Of a stretch of DNA of 64,000 nt, positions 37,555-49,242 are shown one piece after another (the stretch's first letter is position 1; every line of letters begins with the position of its first letter). Under the pieces are notes generated by a model that ran no database searches, had not been told where the DNA came from, and worked only from the letters and a program-made list of their open reading frames with translations. The DNA is taken from NCBI RefSeq assembly GCF_001194135.2, contig NC_068986.1:11342959-11406958 (forward strand), written 5' to 3'. The position numbers and the translations under genes are program-made. Origin of the DNA: Octopus bimaculoides (lineage: Eukaryota).

Positions 37555-38005
37555 TTGTCTTTTATCTTTTACTTGTTTCAGTCATTAGACTGGGGCCATA
37601 CTGGGGCCATACTGGGGCCATACTGGGGCCATACTGGGGCCATACTGGGGCCATACTGGGGCACTGTCTTAAAGAATTTTTAGTTGAATGAATTGACCCT
37701 AGTACTAATTTTTTTTTTTGTTTAAAGCTTGGTATTTTATTCTGTTGGTGTCTTTTACTGAGCTGCTAACTTACGGTGATGTAAACACACCAACACCAAC
37801 CAGTTGTTAAGCAGTGGTAGGACACACACACACACACACACATGACAGGCTTCTTTCAGTTTCCATCTACCAAGTTCACTCAGAAGGTTTTGGTTGGCCT
37901 GAGGCTATAATAGAAGATACTTACCCAAGGTGCCATGCTGTGAAACTGAACCCGGAACCATGTGATTGAGAAGCAAATTTCTTACTACACAGCCATGTCT
38001 GCACT
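37555..38005 (-). mobile_element. Full A+B SINE containing an 11-bp tandem expansion
   Basis: Reverse-complement homology to 48122-48490. Confidence 0.85.
37590..37662. repeat. (CTGGGGCCATA)x6 perfect minisatellite plus partial copy
   Basis: Direct reading. Confidence 0.95.
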
Positions 38006-38789
38006 TCCCCAGTGAATAGTAGGTAGTTCTGCCTCTACATATATATATATGTATGTATTAGAGAGTCCCCTGTCATAATGGCTAACTGTGGCTATGGAAA
38101 CATACTTTTGCCTCTGTAAATACCATGATTATTTTAACTGCTATTATCAGGATATATTGTATGTATGGCATACTTACAATAATTATAATTTAACTTTTAG
38201 CAAACTACCCATGGTGCTTATACATGTAATGTATATTAATTTTCAAATCCAAAATACTTATTATTTGAAAATAAAATTAAATAAAACAAATTTCTTGTTT
38301 GTATAACTCTTCCCATGACTACTTTGTCATTTACTCCCCTTTCTCCTCTGACTCTATGATTCTTTCTCTCTTACTGTGTGTGTAAAGCATTCCTTTACTC
38401 ATTGCCTGCCACCAGGCCTAACGTGTGTTGCACTTGTGCACCTCTTATCTTAATTCTGTATCTCTCTCTTATTTTCTCTTCCTCTTTCTCTATACAATGT
38501 GAAGCATGACTAGAAAAATAAACCAACCAACATTTTTATTGGTTATTATATAGAAAGCCACACACAAACACACACACCTTTGAAGCTGATGATTTATTCT
38601 GTTGCTATGTTTGATCCTGTAAGTGTCATGAATGACTACAATAGCATGAAACAACAAGTAGGAGTGTTCAAACACTCTCTTACATTTACACCTAATGCTG
38701 ATAATGATGTATACAGAAATATTATATGCACGAGTACTTTTTTGAAGTAAAATTCATTTGGGATTTTTCAATAAATTTTTTGACTTGTT

Positions 38790-39257
38790 CTCATTCTTAA
38801 GGTATTTTTCAAGGATCTTGTTCAAAACGGGGGCACCAGTTTTCATTAATGTTTTATGCAGTGTTTTTGGTACCGAAAGACTTTCAAACTTCGTATACTT
38901 ATCTACTTTGTGTTATAGAACAGAAAAAAATTTTGTATTCGGATTTATTTCATGTAAAAAATTGTCTTATTTCGATAATTTCAACCAATCAAGGAAATAA
39001 AAATTTTATCACCGCTGCGAATCGTTTGTTTACGTAGTCAGCACTTAATTTTTATGGCTGAATGGACGTCAGTCATTGGTTGAAATTACAGAAATACGAC
39101 AACTTTAACATGAAATAACTTGCGATGTACGTTTTTTTGTTAAGAAGACTAAGAGAAAAAGATGTTTTATATGACACATTCTACCAGTGTCCCAAGTTTC
39201 AAAGTGTTTCGTTAAGAAAATACTGGTGCCCCCGTTTTGAACAAGATCCTTTTTCAA

Positions 39258-39292
<35 letters not shown>

Positions 39293-39454
39293 TCACTGCC
39301 TGGAATCAAACTTGGAATCTTGGGGTTAGTAGCCTGTGCTCTTAACCACTACGCCATATGCCTGTGGGCAATTATGGGGTGAATTTTAGGGCTTATAAAT
39401 CTAATTTCCTATCCTTCCTTAATACCGGTTCCTATATGCTGTTCATATCTGCAC
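38790..39454 (-). mobile_element. Penelope-associated tRNA-cassette element, copy 2 (split by a MITE; no hammerhead recognisable)
   Basis: TTCTCATTCTTAAGGTATTTTTC, then MITE, then (TTA)n-CAGGTCACTGCC..CATATCTGCAC, matching 27985-28190. Confidence 0.8.
38813..39249. mobile_element. 437-bp MITE of uncertain superfamily
   Basis: Perfect 28-bp TIR GGATCTTGTTCAAAACGGGGGCACCAGT; exact 8-bp TSD TTTTTCAA at 38805-38812 and 39250-39257. Confidence 0.95.
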
Positions 39455-39534
39455 TTGGTCTGCTTAGGAGGTTGTTGTGTCCTAGCATATGTGGTGTTTC
39501 TTTTTTTTTTTTTTTTTTAATGTAAGCATATATT

Positions 39535-39745
39535 AGTTTCAAATTTTGGCACAAGGCCAGCAATTTTTTTTTTTTAGTGGTGTTGTTGACTACACTGACC
39601 CCAGTACTCAACTGGTACTTATTTTATTGGCCCCAAAAGGATGAAAGGCAAAGTTGACCTTGGTGCCATTTGAACTCAGAACACAAAATTGGACAAACTG
39701 TTGCTAAACATTCTATCTAGCCTGTTAATGCATCTACCAGCTTGC
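39535..39745 (-). mobile_element. OK-like SINE
   Basis: AAATTTTGGCACAAGGCCAGC..GGATGAAAGGCAAAGTTGACC..TTTGAACTCAG. Confidence 0.8.
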
Positions 39746-40614
39746 TATCTTGGCAAAGCATATTATATTAGATTGTAGTTTGGGTTAGTGCAGTTATGTC
39801 TCAGTTACCATTTTTATAATTATTTGTTCTGGCTGCATAAATGAAGATCACAGGAGTGAAGCTTCCATTGTCACATATCTTCTCAATCATCTCTTCCTTC
39901 TTCTAGGGGGGAATATACTTAAATGCTTTGTTAGGATCAGCTACCTTCATATTTTTCCCTGTTCACCAATCCCATGTTGATAGGTATGAGTATGTAAATC
40001 CAGATGAAAAGATACTCACAGTAAGGGGTTATAATCACAAGCGATAGTCACTGCCTTCTGGGTAGCTGAGCATTGTGGGTGGTTACTGGGATGCATTTCT
40101 GCAGTACAAACAGAATCTTTGGCTGATCATTGACCTGTGTTATCACTGATCAATCCACAATAAGCATAGCATGCTCCACAATGGAGTGTAATATGTTATC
40201 TCAGATCAGTGGTGAATGAATCAGTGATAGACAAGGCTACATGTACTTCTAATTCTCAAAAGAAACAAGTTCAGCTTGATTGAATCAGTCCTAGTCTATT
40301 ATTCTTATTTCGTTAGATGTGAAACCAATGGAAAGTAAAATGCCCTTCTCCTGTGTTGTATGCCAGATTAAATGCTTAACAGTATTTCATCTTTCCGAAC
40401 TCAAATGTTGTCGGGTTTGACTTTCCCTTTCTCAGCCATTATGGTATCACTAAAATAATTAGCAGCTATGTACTGGAGTCACTTCTGTTGACCCCTTCCC
40501 AACAGATTTTTGGTCTTCAGTCAATACAAGAAGTCATCGTCCTTATCATTACTATTAGGCCTTGTGCCTATAGTGGAAAGGGTTATTTATTATCATTATT
40601 ATTGTTATTATTAT

Positions 40615-40715
40615 TTAAGGTGGCGAGCTGGCAGAGTCGTTAGCATGCAGGACAAAATGCTTAGCAGCATTTTGTCTGTCTCCAGGTCCTGAGTTCAAAT
40701 TCCGCCAAGGTCGAC
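40615..40715 (+). mobile_element. OK-like SINE 5' part, preceded by (TTA)n
   Basis: AAGGTGGCGAGCTGGCAG..GAGTTCAAATTCCGCCAAGGTCGAC. Confidence 0.8.
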
Positions 40716-40722
40716 TTATTAT

Positions 40723-41143
40723 TGAGTAAGAGAGCAGTGCATGCCATCAAAGTGACACCGGAGTAAAATATATGAAGCCCAGTGTACCCATCATGGCTAC
40801 CCGTCTGATAAGGGTACACCAAGCACATGCATCACAATCATATGAGTGCGACATGGTGATCTCATATCAAGATAAACTGCGCCATGACCTTGCAGGTGGG
40901 ACCCAGTTAGAATTTTCTTCAGGTAGTCCCGCTCGAAAGGTCTCTGAATAAGGGTTGTTTAAGAATGTTGAATGAAACACCCATGTTTCCGAAGGTGAAT
41001 TATCCAAACCCCAAGAATTCCTCTCAACACATGACTATGATGCTCCCCCACTACTTCTTTTCATGGTCAGAGATGCACACTATGGGACATGTTTAACTGG
41101 TTACGGTCAAACAACTGACAAGCAAATCTATGGTACTGAGCAG
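40723..41143 (-). mobile_element. 3' part of an unclassified ~540-bp non-coding element ending ..CTCTTACTCA|ATAATAA
   Basis: About 90 bp overlap homology with 44585-44675; no ORF. Confidence 0.7.
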
Positions 41144-41254
41144 TGCTTTGGTCCAGTGGTAGAACACCTGTCACCTTTATAGGTTTGAGTCCCACTGGCT
41201 ATTTTTAATGTTTTTCTATCCAAAGGATTTTTAAGCCTAATATTTACACATTTA

Positions 41255-41470
41255 AGGCAGCAAACTGGCAGAATAGTTGGCATGGTGGATAAAGTGTTTG
41301 GCAGCACTTTTTCTAGTTTTATGTTCTTAGTTCAAATGCCACAGAGGTCAATTTTGCCTTTCATTCTTCTGGGGGTTGTAAAATAAGTACCTGTTGGGCA
41401 TTGGGGTCAATATAATTGATTAATCCTCCCCCGCACCTCTCACAAAATTGCCAGCCTTGTGCATATAGTA
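41255..41470 (+). mobile_element. OK-like SINE, decayed
   Basis: AAGGCAGCAAACTGGCAG..GCCTTTCATTCTTCTGGGG..AATAAGTACC..GCCTTGTGC. Confidence 0.75.
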
Positions 41471-41869
41471 GAAAGTACTATTATTGTTGTTGGGGTCAAT
41501 TTAGTATCAGTGTCATCTATAAAGCAGGCCATGTCTGGAGTATTTTCTGCCACCACTTTACCATTTTCTCTGCACCATTAATGCCAGGACATTGATTTTG
41601 TTCTAAGAGACCATCCTAATTATATTATTAATATAATTTTATTTTATTTCATCTGAAATTCTGCAGCTTTATTATTATCATTATTATTTATTTACCATAT
41701 CCCTTTGGGGGTTCAGTCCCACTGCTTAGCACCTTCGACAAGTGTCTTGTACTACAGCCCCAGGCCAACCAAGGTCTTGTGAGTGGATATGATAGATAGC
41801 AGCTGAAGAAGTCTATCTTCTCTGTGTATTTGTGTGTTTTCTTCACATTTGCTACTTAGTAAATAATGG

Positions 41870-42350
41870 CTTCCTGCCAGTGTCCATGGTTGCAATCTAT
41901 CATGAACGGATGTCTGGGCTTCCTGACATATCTTCAAATGTTGTGTGATCTTTGTAAACAAAAGGCTCCTTAAACAATGTTGTTTCCAATTCTCTGCATA
42001 AAACATGTCTGGGCTGTCACAGGAAATGCATCTGGATGTACTGGTACTTGTGACTTAATTCACTCAGGGTGGGTTGAGCTGACTCCAATGAGTTCACTAT
42101 GTCCTTCACAAAGGCTGACCACATCCAATGGCCGGCCCTAACGTTCCAGCAGCAGGAAGAGTAATGCTTCTCTGCCTGTGGCCAAAAAATCCAGCTTCCA
42201 GTTTGACAAATGCTTCACTGGGAGAGTAAGTGCATCAGACAGCACAGATGCCCTAGCTGTAGTTGTCATTTGTTGATGTGTTGAGTTCATGTTTGGAGTT
42301 TCAGTGGGAACACATGTGGCCCCTGATCACATGCATCTGGATGTAGAAAA
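41870..42350 (+). mobile_element. Possible RTE-BovB-like LINE 3' remnant
   Basis: Weak motif remnants SGLPDI, RLLKQ, ADHIQW and CPSC, in the order expected for an RTE C-terminus. Confidence 0.4.
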
Positions 42351-43000
42351 GCTCTGCCCCAACAGACTCTCATTTAGAGTAGACTTTTAAACAAGGAAAT
42401 AATGAGGATTCATTTTTTTTTTTTTAATATTCTTTTGTTTGATTAGTTTTGTTGAGAAGGGGATCAATAACATAAATGTTCTCATCAATATTGTTATTAG
42501 TTTCCTGTTATAATCTGGTCTGGATTGAATAAAATATGGAAATTCAGTGTTAACATGAGTCCATTACTGCTGGTCACTCTTTCAAACCCTTGTAATATTG
42601 CTGTGATCCATTTTCTCTGCTGACTGACAGAAGTAACGAGAGCAAGAATTTGCTCCAATTGTAGTTGCATGCTATTATTTATAGCTTTATCAGCTTTGAA
42701 ATCCACTGTTCCAAAAAAGAATTATTTCACATTATCTTGAAGTACATAAATTCTTAGGATGTCAGTCAACACATCCTCATTATTGGCCTCTGAGATGGAT
42801 GGGACGGGCGAGAGGGATGGGAGGGAATTAAGAAAGTCTCTTCAAACTAGCAACCTGGCCTGAACATGATGTCATTTCTGTTATAGTTACAGGATGAGTG
42901 AGTGTGTGTGTGTGTGTGTGTGTGTGTAAGGCCAATAAATATTGAGTGTGATCAGTCGGTGTAGATAATGGTGGAGTAGACAAGTTATGTCCAGCTAAGA

Positions 43001-43247
43001 CAGTGATCCTCAATCAGGGTTCATTTATGGGCTCTTGGGGATCCATATAAAATTTTGTTGTGAAAGTTTATGCGAAATAAACTGGTGATTCTTCTACAAT
43101 ATACAAAATATTTAAATAATGTTTTGATACAATTCCTAATATTTAATTATAAAATATGATACATTGTTTTAAACACGGGAGTGGTGGGGGTTAGAATAAA
43201 ATAGGAATCAAAGGGGCCCATAGGCAAAAAATGGTTGGGGACCACTG
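43001..43247. mobile_element. hAT MITE, same family as 18227-18485
   Basis: TIR CAGTGATCCTCAA / (rc) CAGTGGTCCCCAA; TSD AGCTAAGA/ATCTAAGA; internal homology to 18227-18485. Confidence 0.85.
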
Positions 43248-43914
43248 ATCTAAGATGTATTTAGGTATGTGCAATTGCATGTTGGTTTGTGGATATTTTT
43301 TGCTGACCCCTAAATACTTACAAGAAAGGCAGAAGGCCAGCATTTGGGGTAGGAACAATTGAATATGGTGGTGAAGGTAGGGAAGGGGGATACAACAAAT
43401 GTGATGAGAGATGGAGAGCTGAGTGAGTTGAGGGTGTTTGAACAGAGGTGGTATGACACCAATCTCCTCTCCAAGGAACAGAGAGGAGAACAGCATGCTT
43501 GTAGGTCAGAGGATGGAATGTGTCTGTGAGTGATCTAAGGCCAATCAGTGAAGTGGCCATTTTTGGATCGGGTCCAGAGTGTTGGTATATATGAATATAA
43601 TTTTGTGACTTATAGTGGTTTTATAAAATAGATAATCTAAATTGATCTCTTGTCTAATAAAAATATTACCATATTGGATACAATATTGCGGTGAGTTCTC
43701 AGCAAATTGAGCCTAGATTCCTGTTTTGATTCCTACATGAAACTGTTTCTCCCACACAATTAATAGCTTTCCAACCATTAACCTTATTAATTCTTTTCTC
43801 ATAAAAATCGTGGAATGTGTTTCTATATAAAGAAAAGAAGAAGAAGAACAACAACAATAATAATAATAATCATCATCGTTTTACGACTGCTTTCCATGCT
43901 GGCATGGGTTGGAC

Positions 43915-43952
<38 letters not shown>

Positions 43953-43954
43953 TG

Positions 43955-44433
43955 GCGGCTTCAAATTTTGAGGCCATCAGTTTTTGGAGGGAAGGGGAAG
44001 TCAATTACATCGACCCTAGTGCTCAGCTGGTACTTATTTTATTGAGCCCGAAAGGATGAAAAGCAAAGTTGACCTCAGTGGAAACTCAGAACATGAAGAT
44101 AGATGAAATGCCTTTAAGCCTGGTATGTTAACAGTTCTGCCAGCTTGCTGTCTTAATAATAATAATAATAATAATAATTCTTTTCTATATTAGACACAAG
44201 GCCCGAAATTTNNNNNNNNNNNNNNNNNNNNNNNNNNNNNNNNNNNNNNNNNNNNNNNNNNNNNNNNNNNNNNNNNNNNNNNNNNNNNNNNNNNNNNNNN
44301 NNNNNNNNNNNNNNNNNNNNNNNNNNNNNNNGCAAAGTCGACCTCGGCGGAATTTGAACTCAGAACTTAAAGACAGATAAAATACTGCTAAGCATTTTGC
44401 CTGGCATGCTAATGTTTCTGCCAGCTCCCTGCC

Positions 44434-44435
<2 letters not shown>
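43955..44435 (-). mobile_element. Two OK-like SINEs separated and flanked by (TAA)n (gap 44212-44331 in the second)
   Basis: Direct homology to the other OK copies. Confidence 0.8.
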
Positions 44436-44469
<34 letters not shown>

Positions 44470-44470
<1 letters not shown>

Positions 44471-44675
44471 GCCCTGATGCAGTACCAGACAGTGGCTCTC
44501 ATGGCTTCTGGTCTTAAATGATCGGAAGTGTTATCATGTACATTGTTTTGTCTTGGTATAAAAAGATGGACTACAGCAAATATTCTGTTCAATACCACAG
44601 ATTTGCTTGTCGGTTGATTGACCGTAACCAGTTGAGTATGTCCTTTAGTGGCTGATGATATGTGCATCTCTGACC
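44470..44675 (+). mobile_element. 5' part of the unclassified ~540-bp element, starting (TAA)n|TGCCCTGATGC
   Basis: Overlap homology with 41060-41143 (rc); TATAAAAG at 44557-44564. Confidence 0.7.
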
Positions 44676-45859
44676 ACACACACAAACACAAATATGTATG
44701 ACAGGCTTCTTTCAGTTTCCATCTGCCAAATTTACTCTGGCCCCAGGCTATAGTAGAAAACATTTGCCTAAGGTATCATCCAGTGGAACTGAACCAGAAC
44801 AGTATGGTTGAGAAGCAATCGGTAAATTTTTGGAAGTACACCTGCACAATATTTTCATTAAGAAAAAACAAATCAAAACTCAGTTCTTTTTTGCATGGAA
44901 TCAAGTACCCTGATCTCATAATGTGCTGCAAACCCTTTATTTTTGTTCGGAAGACAAGGGGGTGGGAAACTAACTCCCCATCCTGGAATCATTGGAATTT
45001 TTTTTTTTTTTTTCTTTTTCCATTGAATGAATTACAGTGACCTAAAAATGCCACAAAACTCTTTTTTTAGTTCAGAAAATGGGGTGGAGTGGAACCCTCA
45101 GAAATCTCACCCCCATTAGGAATTTTACGACACAGCCATGACTGCTCCTCCTATAATGATGATGATGTCTCCAGTTCCTTTATATTCTAGTCTGGATTCA
45201 GTTTTGCTCGTCTTCACATCCTGTAGAGGTCATTAAATATGTACCAGTTATATGCTACTTTGGAATTGACAGTGTTCCATCCTTTCACAAATTGATCTTG
45301 TGTGTCATCAAAAGTTATATTTTTCTCCTGGTTTTAGCTGTTGGATTGTGCCCATGCTGGAGTGCTACTTTGAAGGGTTTTCATTGGCCAGTCAGATGGT
45401 CACCCCCCCCCTTCTTATTTTAAGGCTGTTATTTATTCTATCAGTCTCTTGTTTTTTGTCAAAACACTAAGCTACAGTGACAGTAAACCTAGTTTGGTTG
45501 TCAAGCAATGAGAGACTAACACAAATATATGCAATGACTTGCACACAATTTGACACACATGCGCACGCGCTCGCACGCACACCACACACACACACACAAC
45601 TAGCTTCTGTACAGTTTCTGCCAAATTAACTCCCAATGCTTTGGTCAACTTGAGTTCTATCACAGAAAACATTTTTCTAAGATGTCACTGTCTAGGATTG
45701 AATGAAGTCTAAACCACATGATTGCAAAGCTATTTTCTTCAACCCAAAATACTAATGGATTCTATTGAATCATTTATGATATCCAATGTCGCCAATGCTT
45801 TGTTGTTTTAAGTTCAGATTCAGACAGATTCAAGTAAACTTGAACTTTCCTCATTATTT

Positions 45860-46100
45860 AACATACACTTTTCTATGCTTGCATGGGTCAGATGGAATTT
45901 GATGAGGCAGATTTTCTACAGCCAGATGCCCTTTCTCTCACCAACCCTCATCTGTTAATGAGCAAGTTAATATTTCCCCATGGCCAAACGTGTTTGTATA
46001 GAAGACTGGAAATGAGTAAACATGGCTTATAATATGACAGGGATGTTCATTTAACAACCATCGTGTGATGTCAAGACAAGGGTACACACGCACACACATT
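45860..46100 (-). mobile_element. SINE module E
   Basis: TTTCTATGCTTGCATGGGTCAGATGGAATT..CCAGATGCCC..GTGATGTCAAGACAAGG. Confidence 0.75.
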
Positions 46101-46539
46101 GTGACTCCTGGATTTTCAGAGCAACTGTAAGGTTAAACACTAGCCTTTAACCACTGTTTTTCTTTGTGTTGACAACCGATGTCTAGACATTACTTCTCTA
46201 ACATAATGCAAAGTTTTCCCTGATCATCCATTGCAGAGTTCCAAAAATCTACAATGGTAAAATGTATGTTGGAAGAAATAATATACACTTGTGTTTACTT
46301 TAATTTCTCTGATATTTGCTTTGTATATCATGATTAGTAATGCTACTAAGCATAGTAATTGGTTAATCATTATACTGGGAGTAGACTAGATGAGGATAAT
46401 TTACATTGAGCTCTAAACTTAACAGTAGCAGTTATCGCTTTCTCTCATTCACTCTCTGTATATCTGTCTGTCTGTCTGTCTCTCCTGTAGAGCAACACAC
46501 CTGTTTCTGTCTCTCTGTCATACTCTAGCCTCTCATCAC

Positions 46540-46800
46540 CTGGCATGCATAAAGCCACCTCCCTCAATGTCACTCCCCATCTCAGTTGAGGGATGTTTGC
46601 CATGCAAGTTACTTGGTGACCTCGCCAATGCTGGTGCCACATGAAAAGCACCCAGTCCACTCTGTAGAGGGATTGTTTTTAAAAAGGGCATCCAGCCATA
46701 AAAAAACCATGTCAAAGCAGACAGTGGAGCTTGGTGCAGTCCTCTGTCTTACTAGCAGCTCCTCTCAAACTGTTCGGCCATGCCAGCATGGGAAACAGAC
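46540..46800 (+). mobile_element. SINE/RTE 3' tail (module C)
   Basis: GCAAGTTACTTGGTGACC..AAAAGCACCC..GGGCATCCAGCC..CATGCCAGCATGG. Confidence 0.75.
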
Positions 46801-46887
46801 GTTTATGTGTGTGTGTTNNNNNNNNNNNNNNNNNNNNNNNNNNNNNNNNNNNNNNNNNNNNNNNNNNNNNNNNNNNNNNNNNNNNNN

Positions 46888-46946
<59 letters not shown>

Positions 46947-47544
46947 GGGCTCTTTTTGGTTTCTGTCTCCCAAATCAACTTTATAAGATTTTGGTTGTCT
47001 CAATGCGATAGTAGTAGACACTTGCCTAAAGTGTTATCCATGCAGTGGGGCTTGAACCCAAGAGTGCATGGTTGGGAAGCAAGCTTCATAATCCACCCAC
47101 CCACACCTACCAATAACCGACATCAATATATGAATCGACCAACTGTGTTTTTCTCTCCCACTCCTGCAAATGTTGTAGAGGTAACGCTTTAGTTTTCAAA
47201 CTAAAATTGTGATTTTGTTGTGGATGACCGATAGTACTAATCTTCAGAGGAGAATCTCTTTTCCATGATCTCTCTTTACTCTTTCTCTTCTCACCTCCCC
47301 ATCCCCTCCTCCCCCTCTCATGTTATTAAACCACTTATAATTACCCTCTTCCCTTTCTTTTGGCATGAACTATTCGTGTACATTAGAAATTCAATATTGT
47401 GTTGGCGGGACATGTTTCCACTTTTAGAATCCAGGAAGTCTTAAGTAGCTTATCTATTTCTTTTTCTTCTGCCATTAGCTTCATAGGCTTGCCTCCAGCT
47501 AATTCTGATCATACAATGGGCGTGGTAAGATATGTATATTTGTA

Positions 47545-47589
<45 letters not shown>

Positions 47590-47954
47590 GTATGGATATA
47601 TATATAACTATATCTATGAATCTATTTACCAATATCTGTCTATAAAAAATATGTTAGATAGATATATAGTTACAGTATTTCCAGTGCTGGAAATAATGTT
47701 TTAAAACTGGTGCCCATCCTTGTGGCAACTGTTTTATGCTCACACACACCCTTATGGTTATGAATCATTAACATTGCCTCTGTTGTTGTTTGGGGTTTAA
47801 GAATCACATTCTCAGCTCCCTTTATGTGTATTGAAAAGTAACTTTTAGAAAATTGTGTTTGTGTGTTATTGTTGGTTCTTAGATTACATTTGTTTTCTAG
47901 TTTATGGCTTCCTTATCTTTTGAATGTGTTGTATATAAAATCCTCTTCATTATA

Positions 47955-48600
47955 TTTGGTGTCTTTTATCTTGTTTGTCATTTGACTGCAGCCATTTTGG
48001 GGCATCACCTTGAAGAATTTTTAGTTAATGAATTGACCCCAGTACTAATTTTTTTTAAAGCCTGGTACTTATTCTATCAGTCATTTTTGCTGAACTACTA
48101 AGTTATGGGGATGTGGACATGGCAGGAGTGGCTGTGTGGTAAGTAGCTTGCTTGCCAATCACATGGTTCCGGGTTCAGTCCCACTGCGTGGCACCTTGAG
48201 CAAGTGTCTTCTACCATAGCCTCAGGCCGACCAAAGCCTGTCGTATATGTATATATACATATGTATGTATATGTATGTGTGCATATATGTGTCAGTGCTT
48301 GTTCCCCCCAACATAACTTGTCAACCGATGCTGGTGTGTTTACGTCCCCATAACTTAGCGGTTCAGCAAAAGAAATTGATAGAACAAGTACAAAGCTTAC
48401 AAAGAATAAGTCCTGGGGTCGATTTGCTCGACTAAAGGCAGTGCTCCAGCATGGCTGCAGTCACATGACTGAAACAAGTAAAAGAATAAACAAATGGCAA
48501 CACTGGTTGTCAAACAGTGGTGGGGAGCACATGCAGCCATAAAGACACACACACGATGGGCTTCTTTCAGTTTCCATCAAATTCACTCACAAGGTTTTGG
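47955..48600 (-). mobile_element. Older A+B SINE split by a younger antiparallel copy
   Basis: B module at 47955-48120, resuming at about 48495-48600. Confidence 0.75.
48122..48490 (+). mobile_element. Young full-length A+B tRNA/CORE SINE
   Basis: CpG-retaining GGTTCCGGGTTCAGTCCCACTGCGTGGCACCTTGAGCAAG..GACTGAAACAAGTAAAAG; possible short TSD ATGGCA. Confidence 0.9.
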
Positions 48601-48910
48601 TTGAAACCGTGAAGTTGGGAGGAAAGCTTCTAAAAAGATGCAATTAAAATGAGGGTGAGATGAAATATGGGATAAATGAGATGAAGATAGGATGCTGAGG
48701 AATTGAGAAGAATGTTGAGATAAGATAACAGTTTCTCTTTAATGGGGTTGGTTATGGTAGAGAAGACTTGACTTGTGCAGTATTTCTGTTGAGTATGAAT
48801 GCTTATGTTGGTAGTAAAAGATTGATAACTGGAGCAGAAATAGTCTCACTCAAGACTTGAATGAATTAAGATTACTGGGATTTCCAAAACTTAAAAATAG
48901 ACTATTTTAC

Positions 48911-48995
48911 AAGTTGCGTGGTAAAGAATATGTTGCCTGGTAAAGAATATGTTGCCTGGTAAAGAATAAGTTGCCTGGTAAAGAATAAGTTGCCT
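48911..48995. repeat. 19-bp minisatellite GGTAAAGAATA(T/A)GTTGCCT x4 plus partial
   Basis: Units start at 48920, 48939, 48958 and 48977. Confidence 0.95.
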
Positions 48996-49074
48996 GCATA
49001 AACAAAGGCCATGGTATTGGAACATGCCGTTGGTATGACCTACATGTGTTGTACTTTGTTAATTTTACCCATAA

Positions 49075-49242
49075 AATCATCATCAACATTGTTTAACGTC
49101 CGCCTTCCATGCTAGCATGGGTTGGACGATTTGATTGAGGACTGGTGAAACCGGATGGCAACACCAGGCTCCAATCTAAATTTGGCAGAGTTTCTACAGC
49201 TGGATGCCCTTCCTAACGCCAACCACTCAGAGAGTGTAGTAG
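49075..49242 (-). mobile_element. Young RTE-type 3' tail (module C) running into gap 49243-50081
   Basis: Near-identical to 15925-16085. Confidence 0.85.

Noticed and set aside
39291-39362. tRNA-Ser(ACT)-like gene; likewise the tRNA-like heads at 28623 and 48122
   Set aside because: Acceptor and T stems do not pair and the units are embedded in repeats. They are SINE-type heads, not functional tRNAs.
42497-42706. Minus-strand frame VDFKADKAINNS.. after an AG acceptor
   Set aside because: No convincing donor and no homology; insufficient support for an exon.
44482-44580. HDV-like ribozyme in the TG...CA element (GTACCAG could pair with TTGGTAT as P1)
   Set aside because: P2, P3 and the L3 consensus could not be built convincingly.
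48911-48995. CRISPR-like appearance of short direct repeats (also 37590-37662 and 16084-16405)
   Set aside because: Contiguous tandem units with no unique spacers, no cas genes, and a eukaryotic context.
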